A stretch of DNA of 64,000 bases from the human T2T-CHM13v2.0 reference genome, Homo sapiens. The stretch lies in assembly GCF_009914755.1 (NCBI RefSeq), contig NC_060932.1; one strand, 5' to 3'. The notes under the pieces were generated by a model. It made no database searches and had not been told where the DNA came from. It was given only the letters and a program-made list of their open reading frames with translations. The position numbers and the translations under genes are program-made. Positions 35,193 to 48,623 of the stretch are shown here, in pieces. The first letter of the stretch is position 1. Each line of letters starts with the position of its first letter.

Positions 35193-36317
35193 TGCCCCTT
35201 CCTCCGTCGTCCTGGATGCTGCATCGCTTCCAGCCGGGCTGCTGCAGCACCTGCCCATCTCAGCGCCAGCCTGGGAAAGAAAGTAGACGTGTAATTTCAG
35301 GTTGGTTTCGCTGAACAATTGTTTGTTTCACGCAATCCCTGAGGGGTTTTTGCGGGGGGTGTGGGGGAGGAAGAGACAAAGGAGGCCGAAAGAAACCGAT
35401 CACACTGGGGCTTGCTGGTGGGGTAGGATGTGTTCTCGTTACTAGTAATTCTTGGAACAGAAAACGAGAAAACATATCCGTCTCCACGTGTGGGAGAAGA
35501 CCAAGATGGGAATGGGAAAAGAAATGTACTGCAGCATGCTGAATTGGTGGGTAAATGGAAAAAGGACTTTGGAAAAAAGGGGGGTTTGCCCTTCAGCCGT
35601 GTAAGACGTCGATACGATACGGCACTTCTTCCCCGTTTGTTCAGATGAATTCGTGTGGTGTGCGTAAAATACCAGGAAAATAAATAAAGAGGGGCTGGAG
35701 CTAAAGCCAAAAGATAGAACAGGAAAGATCCTCACCTGCTAGTGCGGTAGAGAGGAAGGTAACTTCTCTGTATGAATTTGTGCTTGGAAGTTGCCTAATG
35801 AAATGGCAAGAGTAGCGATTCAAGTTGTCACAGGAAGCATCCCTTATCCGTGACTTCAAGCAGACCTGCCAAAGGGTGGCACACGCCATGCCCTGTGTCT
35901 TCGATCATTCTGTCCGTCAAGGGAGATAGAATCACCGTGTCTTCTACCGGAGTGAATCGTGAGAGACCTAAGTCCAGTCTCCAGAATCAGTTGTTTGTTT
36001 GGGGTTGAAAGCTCAACCCCCCCATACCTAGGCCACGGGCCCTGTGGCAGGTGGGGTTTACTCTTGGACTAGGTAGTCATGGCAGAGGAACACACAATAT
36101 CCGAGGATGCGCACAGCACATTGTGTTCTACAGATTTGACCGACTGGTGGTGAGGTCTCCTCATGACCACACAGGCAGGGAGTTAGCAGGTGGCTTCCTG
36201 TGGGTGTGTGAATATCCAACGTGCTTAACCATCGACATGTGTGTGTTTGTGTGTGTTTCAGGTGGCCCAACAGTCCACCCCTGAAAAAGGCGGTCATAAA
36301 ACCCCCAGGAGACGAAG

Positions 36318-39300
36318 ATGATGGCACGTCGGGACCCCAAATCTTGGGCCAAGAGACTGGTGAGAGCCCAGACCCTCCAGAAGCAGCAGAGGGCCCCAGT
36401 TGGGCGAAGGGCTCCCCCGCCCGATGAAGAAGATCCCAGGGTAAGTGTAGCCCTGGATCTCTTGGGTATCGGGGTGGGGGTGGGGACGGGGGGAGGGGGT
36501 GTCCCACGGTCCTCAGAGACTGGGTTGGATTCCAAAGAGTTCTGTCACCACCAGCCAGGTTGCTTTTCCCATCCAAGGTGGGCGTGGCTTGGGACCTTCT
36601 CCCCGGCCCGATAGGTCCCTTGAGAGACTCTTGGGGGCAACCTCCCTTTCTACTTAGAGTCCTGTGTAGCCACGTTTGGCTGCGTTGTTGACATCGGCTT
36701 CACCATCGTGCCCCTTGGAACCTTGAGTCCTTCCTTTCAGAGTTCCTCCGTCACATGGGCTTTGCGAGGGAACATCGCATCCGAACTCTCCCAGCACTTA
36801 ACGGCCCCCATGCCGGTGTCCCCTCTTTGGAATCCTTATTCAGCTCTGAATTCACAATCCGTCCCAATGTTGACGTGGGATCGCTGCCTGTGGCTTCAGC
36901 TCACTCACTGACATCACTTCCTTTCCACCCGCAGCTCAAGTGCAAAAACTGCGGGGCCTTTGGCCACACGGCCAGAAGTACCAGGTGCCCCATGAAGTGC
37001 TGGAAGGCAGCCCTGGTTCCAGCGACCTTGGGGAAAAAGGAAGGGAAGGAAAACCTGAAACCATGGAAGCCCCGGGGTGAAGCCAACCCGGGGCCCTTGA
37101 ACAAGGATAAGGGAGAGAAGGAAGAGAGACCAAGGTGAGCAGTGGGAGGGGTTTTCACCACTCTTAGGGTACGGCCTCCCAAGGACATGGTGTCTCTGCA
37201 CCTGCACACCGTGTGCCTTTCCGTCTCCGGGCCAGGGAAGGAACGCTGCAGAGAAATAGGCCGGAGCTCCGTGTCCTCCGGGGTTCCACACCCAGGAGCT
37301 CCTTGGGCTCTGGGAGATTCAGGGACGGGGAGAGGCGGGGGCGCTTCGTGCAGGTTCCCCACGACAGCGGGAAAAGCGATGGAATCCAAATCACAGTCCT
37401 TAGTTGGGAAGCCTAGAGGGCCACCTGGAGGATGGGAAGGTTGGCACGTGAGGGAAGGTGCAGAGGCGGAAAGGGCACCAGATGTCCATTTCTGTATCAC
37501 AAAACACGGAATGGGGCTGGGCCCCAGACGGGGTTCTCCCTGTCTCCTGGGGAAAACCAGGGGGCACGGCCTGACCTTCTTCTGTTCTGCAGGCAACAAG
37601 ACCCGCAGAGGAAGGCTCTCCTCCACATGTTTTCCGGGAAACCTCCAGAGAAGCCGCTGCCGAATGGAAAAGGATCCACGGAATCTTCTGATTATCTGAG
37701 GGCGAGTGTCACCCCGGGCCCCTGGTCTTTTTCTCCTCTAGGTCACCCTGGTTGATTTCCTTTCAGCTTCCCGTCTGCGGGAGGAAATCGGGGAACCCCT
37801 CTTTCTTGCCTTCTTGGGGTCAGGGACTCCACGATCCTTCCAGGTCAATTGGATTCCAGGCGAAGGCATCTGAACATGCCGTATTTCCTGTTGCTTTCTT
37901 TCTGTCCAATTATGGCAAGCCTGCCAACAACACGTTCCTAGCGGCATGAGGAAATTAGTCCCTCAGAGGCCCCAAACGTGGAGAAGGCGAAACCCAGGAA
38001 CATGCATGTGTTCAGAGAAGACGTCCCGAGTACCCTTGAGCCAGCAACCTGCCTTGGGAAGGGCATTAGTCCGTTCCACTTCATGGAAGGCTGAGTGGAG
38101 GCGCTTTGATCCAGTTAATGCCCAAGACGCGATCTTTTGAACAATGGTGTGCTTAGATCAGCTACACATAGCTCGAGAGCGCATCTTTCATGTGTCTTGT
38201 CCTGATCAGCACTCAGGTGGAGGGTCTGTCCCTACTTCCAAGGACCGCCTGTCGATACTGTACTAAGAATTTCATGGCGTGTGCACCTTGTCTTTGGATG
38301 TGCTTGATTTTCACGTTGGCTCCATGCTGAGGAACTTCTAACCTGTGTTGTTTCCTCTCTTTCAGGTTGCAAGCGGGCCAATGCCGGTCCACACAACCAG
38401 TAAGAGGCCGCGCTTGGACCCTGTCCTCGCTGATCGCTCAGCTACCGCAATGTCTGGCAGGGGCTCCGTCTTGGCTTCACTGTCTCCCCTCAGAAAAGCC
38501 AGCCTGAGCTCCTCCTCAAGTCTTGGACCAAAGGAAAGACAGACAGGGGCTGCGGCCGACATGCCTCAGCCTGCAGTCAGGCACCAGGGCCGCGAGCCTC
38601 TCCTCGTGGTGAAGCCGACACACAGCCGCCCCGAGGGTGGCTGCCGAGAAGTTCCCCAGGCTGCCTCCAAAACCCACGGCCTGCTCCAGGCCGCCAGACC
38701 CCAGGCACAAGACAAACGTCCTGCGGTGACCTCACAGCCCTGCCCGCCAGCCGCCACACACAGCTTGGGCCTAGGCTCCAATCTCAGCTTCGGGCCAGGA
38801 GCCAAGAGACCTGCCCAGGCTCCGATTCAGGCTTGCCTGAACTTCCCCAAGAAACCGAGACTGGGTCCCTTCCAGATCCCCGAAAGCGCCATCCAGGGAG
38901 GTGAGCTGGGGGCCCCGGAGAATCTCCAACCTCCGCCAGCCGCAACCGAACTTGGACCAAGTACGTCGCCCCAGATGGGCAGGAGGACACCGGCCCAGGT
39001 GCCCAGCGTCGACCGGCAGCCTCCGCACAGCAGACCTTGCCTGCCTACTGCCCAGGCCTGCACCATGTCCCATCACTCAGCGGCCAGCCATGATGGGGCC
39101 CAGCCTCTCAGAGTGCTCTTCCGGAGACTGGAAAACGGACGCTGGAGCTCCAGCCTCCTGGCGGCCCCCTCATTTCACTCTCCTGAGAAGCCGGGAGCCT
39201 TCCTCGCTCAGAGCCCTCATGTGTCAGAGAAGTCTGAGGCTCCCTGTGTTCGTGTCCCACCGAGCGTCCTCTATGAGGACCTTCAGGTTTCCTCCTCCTC

Positions 39301-39328
39301 AGAGGACAGCGATTCTGACCTGGAGTGA
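36318..39328 (+). CDS. FAM90A: FAM90A family protein, 464 aa (copy G5)
   Basis: Exons 36318-36440, 36935-37134, 37593-37701, 38366-39328. Variants Q24,R30,R367. Confidence 0.95.
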
Positions 39329-39942
39329 GACTGCAGGTGGCAGGGGCTCCTTGGCCTCCGGCTCCCGTGACTTGGAGGGGACTGTGGGACTGAGGAGCGC
39401 AGAGCAGAGAGCACACTCTGTGCGGTGACTCCGAAGCTCCCCGGCTGTGGCGCTTCTGTGGATGTGGGAGCCCAGGCCAGGCAGGGAGCAGATGCAGGGA
39501 CTCTGCCTCATTGAATTCTGGTGAGGGACGTTGTAGTTGGCGTGGTTCTCCGGAAACGCGCCAGGAAAAGCTTCCGTGCCAGAGATTCGTTGCCTCAGAA
39601 ACTGCGTGACGCGCAGGAGTCAGACTTCCGCTGGGACGTCAATAGGAAACTGGGGAATTACTGTGTATTTGCTCTCTAGATGACTGAATAAGGGAAAAGT
39701 TAGGGAACCCTGAGAGGTGCAGCCCTTCCGCTGTGCCCCGCCCTGAGAGCAGAGTTTCGGACGCTGGGAAGCGTGCTGTGCGAAGCGCTCTCGGGGTCTT
39801 TCCTCAGCCTCGAAAACTGGGCTCTGGAATGCCTTTGTACATATGTGTGTTTCATTGGTTTTGAAGTGAATAAAATTCTCAAAAAGATGACATATTGTCT
39901 TTTGACTCTCATTCCGTGTTTGTGTGTAACTGATTTTCCAAG

Positions 39943-40975
39943 TGAAGGGGTGGCCTGCCCCTCCACACCTGTGGGTGTTTCTAGTCGGGTGGGATGAGAG
40001 ACGGAGAAAAGAAATAAGACACAGAGACAAAGTATAGGGAGACAACAGTGGGTCCAGGGGACCGGCACTCAGCACACCTAGGACCTGCACTGGCACCGGC
40101 CTCTGAGTTCCCGCAGTTTTTATTGATTGTGATTTTCATTATTTCAGCACAAAGGAATGCAGTAGGGGAGCAGGGTGATAATAAGGGGAAGGTCAACAAA
40201 AACAACACAAAACAAACACGTGAGCAAAAGAATCCATATCATTATTAAGTTCAAGGGAAGGTACTATGCCTGGACGTGCACGTAGGCCAGATTTATGTTT
40301 CTCTCCACACAAATATCTCAGCGGAGTAAAGAATAACAAGGCAGCATTACTGCCAACATGTCTCGCCTCCCGCCACAGGGCAGCTTTTCTCCGAGCTCAG
40401 AGTTGAACAAATGTACGATCGGGCTTTACACCGAGACATTCAGTTCCCAGGGGCAAGCAGGAGACAGTGGCCTTCCTCCATCTGAACTGCAAGAGGCGTT
40501 CCTCTTTGACTAATCCACCTCAGCACAGACCCATTGCGGGTGTCAGGCTGGGGGACATTCAGGACTTTCCCATCCCACGAGGCCATATTTCAGACTGTCA
40601 CATGGGGAGAAACCTTGGACAATACCCTGCTATCAAGGGCAGAGGTCCCTGTGGCTTTCCACGGTGCATTGCGCCCCTGGTTTATTGAGACTAGAGAATG
40701 GCAATGACTTCTACCAAGTATACTGCTCGTAAACATTTGGTTAACAAGGCGCGTCCTGCACAGCCCCAGATCCCTTAAACCTCGATTTTATACAACACAG
40801 GTTTTTGTGAGCTCCAAGTTGGGTCAAAGGAAGGGGCTGCGGCAAGGCAACAAATGAACAACATCTCAGCAAAGCAATTGTTTAAACTACAGGTCTTTTT
40901 CAAAATGGAGTCTCTTATGTCTTCCCCTTCTACATAGACACAGTGACAGTCTGATCTCTCTTTCTTTACCCTACA
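39943..40975 (-). mobile_element. Solo HERV-K(HML-2) LTR5A-like (copy)
   Basis: Same termini and TCCAAG TSD. Confidence 0.93.
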
Positions 40976-42723
40976 TCCAAGGGCTTGAACATTTCTTGAC
41001 TTGTTGGCAATCCAAATCGTTACGTCTCCGAAACAGAGTTGACTGAGGGGACCGCAGGGCTGGGCAGGACCTTTGACTTCCTATACATCCACAGGAGCAA
41101 GAAAACCTCAGCCCCACTCTACCAACACGCACCTAGTAAAATTCCGCCAACCGCATCTCACGCACGCTAACACGTGGGGAGCGTTGCTTGCACCACGAGT
41201 CCCCATTTGGCTCAACCGCCGATGCCAAGTGTGTGGTTCCAGTTGCGACGGCCCCCCGTGAAGTGGCTTCCGGATGTGCGAAGGAACCAGGCAGAGTTTC
41301 ACTGGCCAAATAGACCCCAGCAAAGCTGAAGTTAACTCCCACATTTGGGATGTACTTCAGAGGTAAAACATTCATCCCGTCTTCTTTCCGGATGTCTGAC
41401 ACCATGGTTCTCCCCCTGATCCTAAGAGTAGCTGAGGCAGAGACTCACTGAAAGATCTAGGCGGGGATATCCCATCATGCACAGGCTCTCTCCATTCTCT
41501 GACCTGGGAACAACTCTCAGCAGGATTCCACATCTAGGAGGCCTCGGAACTCAGCGGGATTTTCTGAGACACACCAACTGGCTGCTCCCTCTCCGCCGCT
41601 GTTGAGGGTCGTTATCTTGATTATCCAGATCACCTAGAAAGTATCCGTATCCAGAATGAATAAGATCAACTCTCTGCTCCTCTGACAGCAGAAGGAGCAG
41701 GACCGTAAGGAACCAAAGAGCGTGGAAGGAAACGATGTGACAGGAAAGCTCAGAGAACGGCCACAGGGGGTCGTCAGCAGGCCTTCCAACCTGAATCATG
41801 AATAATTAATGAAGCGCAAATCAAAGGGGACTCGAGTTTCAGCAGGAGCAATTCATCCAACGGGAGATCGCCGGAGGGCCAACAAGATTGAGTGACTGGG
41901 AGCCGGGTGCAGTGTCAAAGGGGACGCGACTGGTTCCAAAGCTCGAGAAGACCATGGGGTCACTTGGGCTACATGAGAAAACGCCCCAGTGTGCTGGTTC
42001 ATCATTCCGACTCCTGCCTGTCTCTTCCCGTCCAAGGAACATGGACCCTAAGTCGTGCAGGTGCGGATGACCATGGGCAGAATTAGGGGCCGTGGCACAA
42101 AAGTTCACCGACACGGGAGTTCCACAGAAGGTGCGGTGGATCTTCGCAAATCCAGAGACATGGCAATGGGACCCAGGGAATTACAGCCTCACAGGCGTCC
42201 GGGAGACTTTTCAGGCATAATGCCTGGAGTCGCAAGAGGAGCTGAAAAAGGAGCCAGGCACTGAAGGACAAAGCGTTGTTGACTTTCCTCATCTGTGTTT
42301 CCCAGTGCGGTCCAATTCACGGTGGTTTCCAAGCGCCTCCTGGGGGAGAAAACACATGAGGGTGCGGTCAGGGTTCTCTGCTGACAGACTTACCTTGGGG
42401 AAGAAAGAGAAGCTCTGAAGATGGATCATGGCCGTGACTGCATGTCAAGGAGAGTCTCCTTGATGACACTGAGGCCTACGTCGAGATAGACAAAATGTGG
42501 TCCAATTAAAAGGTGTCTATTTTACCACATTTTTTAAAACAAAACAAAACAAAACAACAAAAAAGATGGAAAAGAAGACAGGGGTACAGGCACCAGTGTT
42601 ACATGTCTGACGGGGAACATCTATTGTTCAAAGCTTGCAGCTGTACAAGTAGGTTTTAGAATGTCTGTCAGCAGTGGACATGATCTTAGAGTGGGCTGTG
42701 CAGATAGACCTTTCCAGGTCATG

Positions 42724-42840
42724 TAATTGGATTAAGTTAATTGCAATTAAGGTACAGGTAACTGATTAGGTTAGGGTACGTTCCATGTCAGGTGACCAGA
42801 GGCAGTATGAAAGGCAGCCTGGAAAGCGGAGGTCCCTCTC
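42724..42840 (+). promoter_or_regulatory. Putative FAM90A core promoter (G6), variant TATGAAAG
   Basis: DUX4-type motif 42763-42773; TATGAAAG 42806-42813. Confidence 0.7.
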
Positions 42841-43965
42841 TGCCCCTTCCTCCGTCGTCCTGGATGCTGCATCGCTTCCAGCCGGGCTGCTGCAGCACCT
42901 GCCCATCTCAGCGCCAGCCTGGGAAAGAAAGTAGACGTGTAATTTCAGGTTGGTTTCGCTGAACAATTGTTTGTTTCACGCAATCCCTGAGGGGTTTTTG
43001 CGGGGGGTGTGGGGGAGGAAGAGACAAAGGAGGCCGAAAGAAACCGATCACACTGGGGCTTGCTGGTGGGGTAGGATGTGTTCTCGTTACTAGTAATTCT
43101 TGGAACAGAAAACGAGAAAACATATCCGTCTCCACGTGTGGGAGAAGACCAAGATGGGAATGGGAAAAGAAATGTACTGCAGCATGCTGAATTGGTGGGT
43201 AAATGGAAAAAGGACTTTGGAAAAAAGGGGGGTTTGCCCTTCAGCCGTGTAAGACGTCGATACGATACGGCACTTCTTCCCCGTTTGTTCAGATGAATTC
43301 GTGTGGTGTGCGTAAAATACCAGGAAAATAAATAAAGAGGGGCTGGAGCTAAAGCCAAAAGATAGAACAGGAAAGATCCTCACCTGCTAGTGCGGTAGAG
43401 AGGAAGGTAACTTCTCTGTATGAATTTGTGCTTGGAAGTTGCCTAATGAAATGGCAAGAGTAGCGATTCAAGTTGTCACAGGAAGCATCCCTTATCCGTG
43501 ACTTCAAGCAGACCTGCCAAAGGGTGGCACACGCCATGCCCTGTGTCTTCGATCATTCTGTCCGTCAAGGGAGATAGAATCACCGTGTCTTCTACCGGAG
43601 TGAATCGTGAGAGACCTAAGTCCAGTCTCCAGAATCAGTTGTTTGTTTGGGGTTGAAAGCTCAACCCCCCCATACCTAGGCCACGGGCCCTGTGGCAGGT
43701 GGGGTTTACTCTTGGACTAGGTAGTCATGGCAGAGGAACACACAATATCCGAGGATGCGCACAGCACATTGTGTTCTACAGATTTGACCGACTGGTGGTG
43801 AGGTCTCCTCATGACCACACAGGCAGGGAGTTAGCAGGTGGCTTCCTGTGGGTGTGTGAATATCCAACGTGCTTAACCATCGACATGTGTGTGTTTGTGT
43901 GTGTTTCAGGTGGCCCAACAGTCCACCCCTGAAAAAGGCGGTCATAAAACCCCCAGGAGACGAAG

Positions 43966-46900
43966 ATGATGGCACGTCGGGACCCCAAATCTTGGGCCAA
44001 GAGACTGGTGAGAGCCCAGACCCTCCAGAAGCAGCAGAGGGCCCCAGTTGGGCGAAGGGCTCCCCCGCCCGATGAAGAAGATCCCAGGGTAAGTGTAGCC
44101 CTGGATCTCTTGGGTATCGGGGTGGGGGTGGGGACGGGGGGAGGGGGTGTCCCACGGTCCTCAGAGACTGGGTTGGATTCCAAAGAGTTCTGTCACCACC
44201 AGCCAGGTTGCTTTTCCCATCCAAGGTGGGCGTGGCTTGGGACCTTCTCCCCGGCCCGATAGGTCCCTTGAGAGACTCTTGGGGGCAACCTCCCTTTCTA
44301 CTTAGAGTCCTGTGTAGCCACGTTTGGCTGCGTTGTTGACATCGGCTTCACCATCGTGCCCCTTGGAACCTTGAGTCCTTCCTTTCAGAGTTCCTCCGTC
44401 ACATGGGCTTTGCGAGGGAACATCGCATCCGAACTCTCCCAGCACTTAACGGCCCCCATGCCGGTGTCCCCTCTTTGGAATCCTTATTCAGCTCTGAATT
44501 CACAATCCGTCCCAATGTTGACGTGGGATCGCTGCCTGTGGCTTCAGCTCACTCACTGACATCACTTCCTTTCCACCCGCAGCTCAAGTGCAAAAACTGC
44601 GGGGCCTTTGGCCACACGGCCAGAAGTACCAGGTGCCCCATGAAGTGCTGGAAGGCAGCCCTGGTTCCAGCGACCTTGGGGAAAAAGGAAGGGAAGGAAA
44701 ACCTGAAACCATGGAAGCCCCGGGGTGAAGCCAACCCGGGGCCCTTGAACAAGGATAAGGGAGAGAAGGAAGAGAGACCAAGGTGAGCAGTGGGAGGGGT
44801 TTTCACCACTCTTAGGGTACGGCCTCCCAAGGACATGGTGTCTCTGCACCTGCACACCGTGTGCCTTTCCGTCTCCGGGCCAGGGAAGGAACGCTGCAGA
44901 GAAATAGGCCGGAGCTCCGTGTCCTCCGGGGTTCCACACCCAGGAGCTCCTTGGGCTCTGGGAGATTCAGGGACGGGGAGAGGCGGGGGCGCTTCGTGCA
45001 GGTTCCCCACGACAGCGGGAAAAGCGATGGAATCCAAATCACAGTCCTTAGTTGGGAAGCCTAGAGGGCCACCTGGAGGATGGGAAGGTTGGCACGTGAG
45101 GGAAGGTGCAGAGGCGGAAAGGGCACCAGATGTCCATTTCTGTATCACAAAACACGGAATGGGGCTGGGCCCCAGACGGGGTTCTCCCTGTCTCCTGGGG
45201 AAAACCAGGGGGCACGGCCTGACCTTCTTCTGTTCTGCAGGCAACAAGACCCGCAGAGGAAGGCTCTCCTCCACATGTTTTCCGGGAAACCTCCAGAGAA
45301 GCCGCTGCCGAATGGAAAAGGATCCACGGAATCTTCTGATTATCTGAGGGCGAGTGTCACCCCGGGCCCCTGGTCTTTTTCTCCTCTAGGTCACCCTGGT
45401 TGATTTCCTTTCAGCTTCCCGTCTGCGGGAGGAAATCGGGGAACCCCTCTTTCTTGCCTTCTTGGGGTCAGGGACTCCACGATCCTTCCAGGTCAATTGG
45501 ATTCCAGGCGAAGGCATCTGAACATGCCGTATTTCCTGTTGCTTTCTTTCTGTCCAATTATGGCAAGCCTGCCAACAACACGTTCCTAGCGGCATGAGGA
45601 AATTAGTCCCTCAGAGGCCCCAAACGTGGAGAAGGCGAAACCCAGGAACATGCATGTGTTCAGAGAAGACGTCCCGAGTACCCTTGAGCCAGCAACCTGC
45701 CTTGGGAAGGGCATTAGTCCGTTCCACTTCATGGAAGGCTGAGTGGAGGCGCTTTGATCCAGTTAATGCCCAAGACGCGATCTTTTGAACAATGGTGTGC
45801 TTAGATCAGCTACACATAGCTCGAGAGCGCATCTTTCATGTGTCTTGTCCTGATCAGCACTCAGGTGGAGGGTCTGTCCCTACTTCCAAGGACCGCCTGT
45901 CGATACTGTACTAAGAATTTCATGGCGTGTGCACCTTGTCTTTGGATGTGCTTGATTTTCACGTTGGCTCCATGCTGAGGAACTTCTAACCTGTGTTGTT
46001 TCCTCTCTTTCAGGTTGCAAGCGGGCCAATGCCGGTCCACACAACCAGTAAGAGGCCGCGCTTGGACCCTGTCCTCGCTGATCGCTCAGCTACCGCAATG
46101 TCTGGCAGGGGCACCGTCTTGGCTTCACTGTCTCCCCTCAGAAAAGCCAGCCTGAGCTCCTCCTCAAGTCTTGGACCAAAGGAAAGACAGACAGGGGCTG
46201 CGGCCGACATGCCTCAGCCTGCAGTCAGGCACCAGGGCCGCGAGCCTCTCCTCGTGGTGAAGCCGACACACAGCCGCCCCGAGGGTGGCTGCCGAGAAGT
46301 TCCCCAGGCTGCCTCCAAAACCCACGGCCTGCTCCAGGCCGCCAGACCCCAGGCACAAGACAAACGTCCTGCGGTGACCTCACAGCCCTGCCCGCCAGCC
46401 GCCACACACAGCTTGGGCCTAGGCTCCAATCTCAGCTTCGGGCCAGGAGCCAAGAGACCTGCCCAGGCTCCGATTCAGGCTTGCCTGAACTTCCCCAAGA
46501 AACCGAGACTGGGTCCCTTCCAGATCCCCGAAAGCGCCATCCAGGGAGGTGAGCTGGGGGCCCCGGAGAATCTCCAACCTCCGCCAGCCGCAACCGAACT
46601 TGGACCAAGTACGTCGCCCCAGATGGGCAGGAGGACACCGGCCCAGGTGCCCAGCGTCGACCGGCAGCCTCCGCACAGCAGACCTTGCCTGCCTACTGCC
46701 CAGGCCTGCACCATGTCCCATCACTCAGCGGCCAGCCATGATGGGGCCCAGCCTCTCAGAGTGCTCTTCCGGAGACTGGAAAACGGACGCTGGAGCTCCA
46801 GCCTCCTGGCGGCCCCCTCATTTCACTCTCCTGAGAAGCCGGGAGCCTTCCTCGCTCAGAGCCCTCATGTGTCAGAGAAGTCTGAGGCTCCCTGTGTTCG

Positions 46901-46976
46901 TGTCCCACCGAGCGTCCTCTATGAGGACCTTCAGGTTTCCTCCTCCTCAGAGGACAGCGATTTTGACCTGGAGTGA
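43966..46976 (+). CDS. FAM90A: FAM90A family protein, 464 aa (copy G6)
   Basis: Exons 43966-44088, 44583-44782, 45241-45349, 46014-46976. Variants Q24,R30,T178,R367,F461. Confidence 0.95.
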
Positions 46977-47590
46977 GACTGCAGGTGGCAGGGGCTCCTT
47001 GGCCTCCGGCTCCCGTGACTTGGAGGGGACTGTGGGACTGAGGAGCGCAGAGCAGAGAGCACACTCTGTGCGGTGACTCCGAAGCTCCCCGGCTGTGGCG
47101 CTTCTGTGGATGTGGGAGCCCAGGCCAGGCAGGGAGCAGATGCAGGGACTCTGCCTCATTGAATTCTGGTGAGGGACGTTGTAGTTGGCGTGGTTCTCCG
47201 GAAACGCGCCAGGAAAAGCTTCCGTGCCAGAGATTCGTTGCCTCAGAAACTGCGTGACGCGCAGGAGTCAGACTTCCGCTGGGACGTCAATAGGAAACTG
47301 GGGAATTACTGTGTATTTGCTGTCTAGATGACTGAATAAGGGAAAAGTTAGGGAACCCTGAGAGGTGCAGCCCTTCCGCTGTGCCCCGCCCTGAGAGCAG
47401 TGTTTCGGACGCTGGGAAGCGTGCTGTGCGAAGCGCTCTCGGGGTCTTTCCTCAGCCTCGAAAACTGGGCTCTGGAATGCCTTTGTACATATGTGTGTTT
47501 AATGTGTTTTGAAGTGAATAAAATTCTCAAGAAGATGACATATTGTCTTTTGACTCTCATTCCGTGTTTGTGTGTAACTGATTTTCCAAG

Positions 47591-48623
47591 TGAAGGGGTG
47601 GCCTGCCCCTCCACACCTGTGGGTGTTTCTAGTCGGGTGGGATGAGAGACGGAGAAAAGAAATAAGACACAGAGACAAAGTATAGGGAGACAACAGTGGG
47701 TCCAGGGGACCGGCACTCAGCACACCTAGGACCTGCACCGGCACCGGCCTCTGAGTTCCCGCAGTTTTTATTGATTGTGATTTTCATTATTTCAGCACAA
47801 AGGAATGCAGTAGGGGAGCAGGGTGATAATAAGGGGAAGGTCAACAAAAACAACACAAAACAAACACGTGAGCAAAAGAATCCATATCATTATTAAGTTC
47901 AAGGGAAGGTACTATGCCTGGACGTGCACGTAGGCCAGATTTATGTTTCTCTCCACACAAATATCTCAGCGGAGTAAAGAATAACAAGGCAGCATTACTG
48001 CCAACATGTCTCGCCTCCCGCCACAGGGCAGCTTTTCTCCGAGCTCAGAGTTGAACAAATGTACGATCGGGCTTTACACCGAGACATTCAGTTCCCAGGG
48101 GCAAGCAGGAGACAGTGGCCTTCCTCCATCTGAACTGCAAGAGGCGTTCCTCTTTGACTAATCCACCTCAGCACAGACCCATTGCGGGTGTCAGGCTGGG
48201 GGACATTCAGGACTTTCCCATCCCACGAGGCCATATTTCAGACTGTCACATGGGGAGAAACCTTGGACAATACCCTGCTATCAAGGGCAGAGGTCCCTGT
48301 GGCTTTCCACGGTGCATTGCGCCCCTGGTTTATTGAGACTAGAGAATGGCAATGACTTCTACCAAGTATACTGCTCGTAAACATTTGGTTAACAAGGCGC
48401 GTCCTGCACAGCCCCAGATCCCTTAAACCTCGATTTTATACAACACAGGTTTTTGTGAGCTCCAAGTTGGGTCAAAGGAAGGGGCTGCGGCAAGGCAACA
48501 AATGAACAACATCTCAGCAAAGCAATTGTTTAAACTACAGGTCTTTTTCAAAATGGAGTCTCTTATGTCTTCCCCTTCTACATAGACACAGTGACAGTCT
48601 GATCTCTCTTTCTTTACCCTACA
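47591..48623 (-). mobile_element. Solo HERV-K(HML-2) LTR5A-like (copy)
   Basis: Same termini and TCCAAG TSD. Confidence 0.93.
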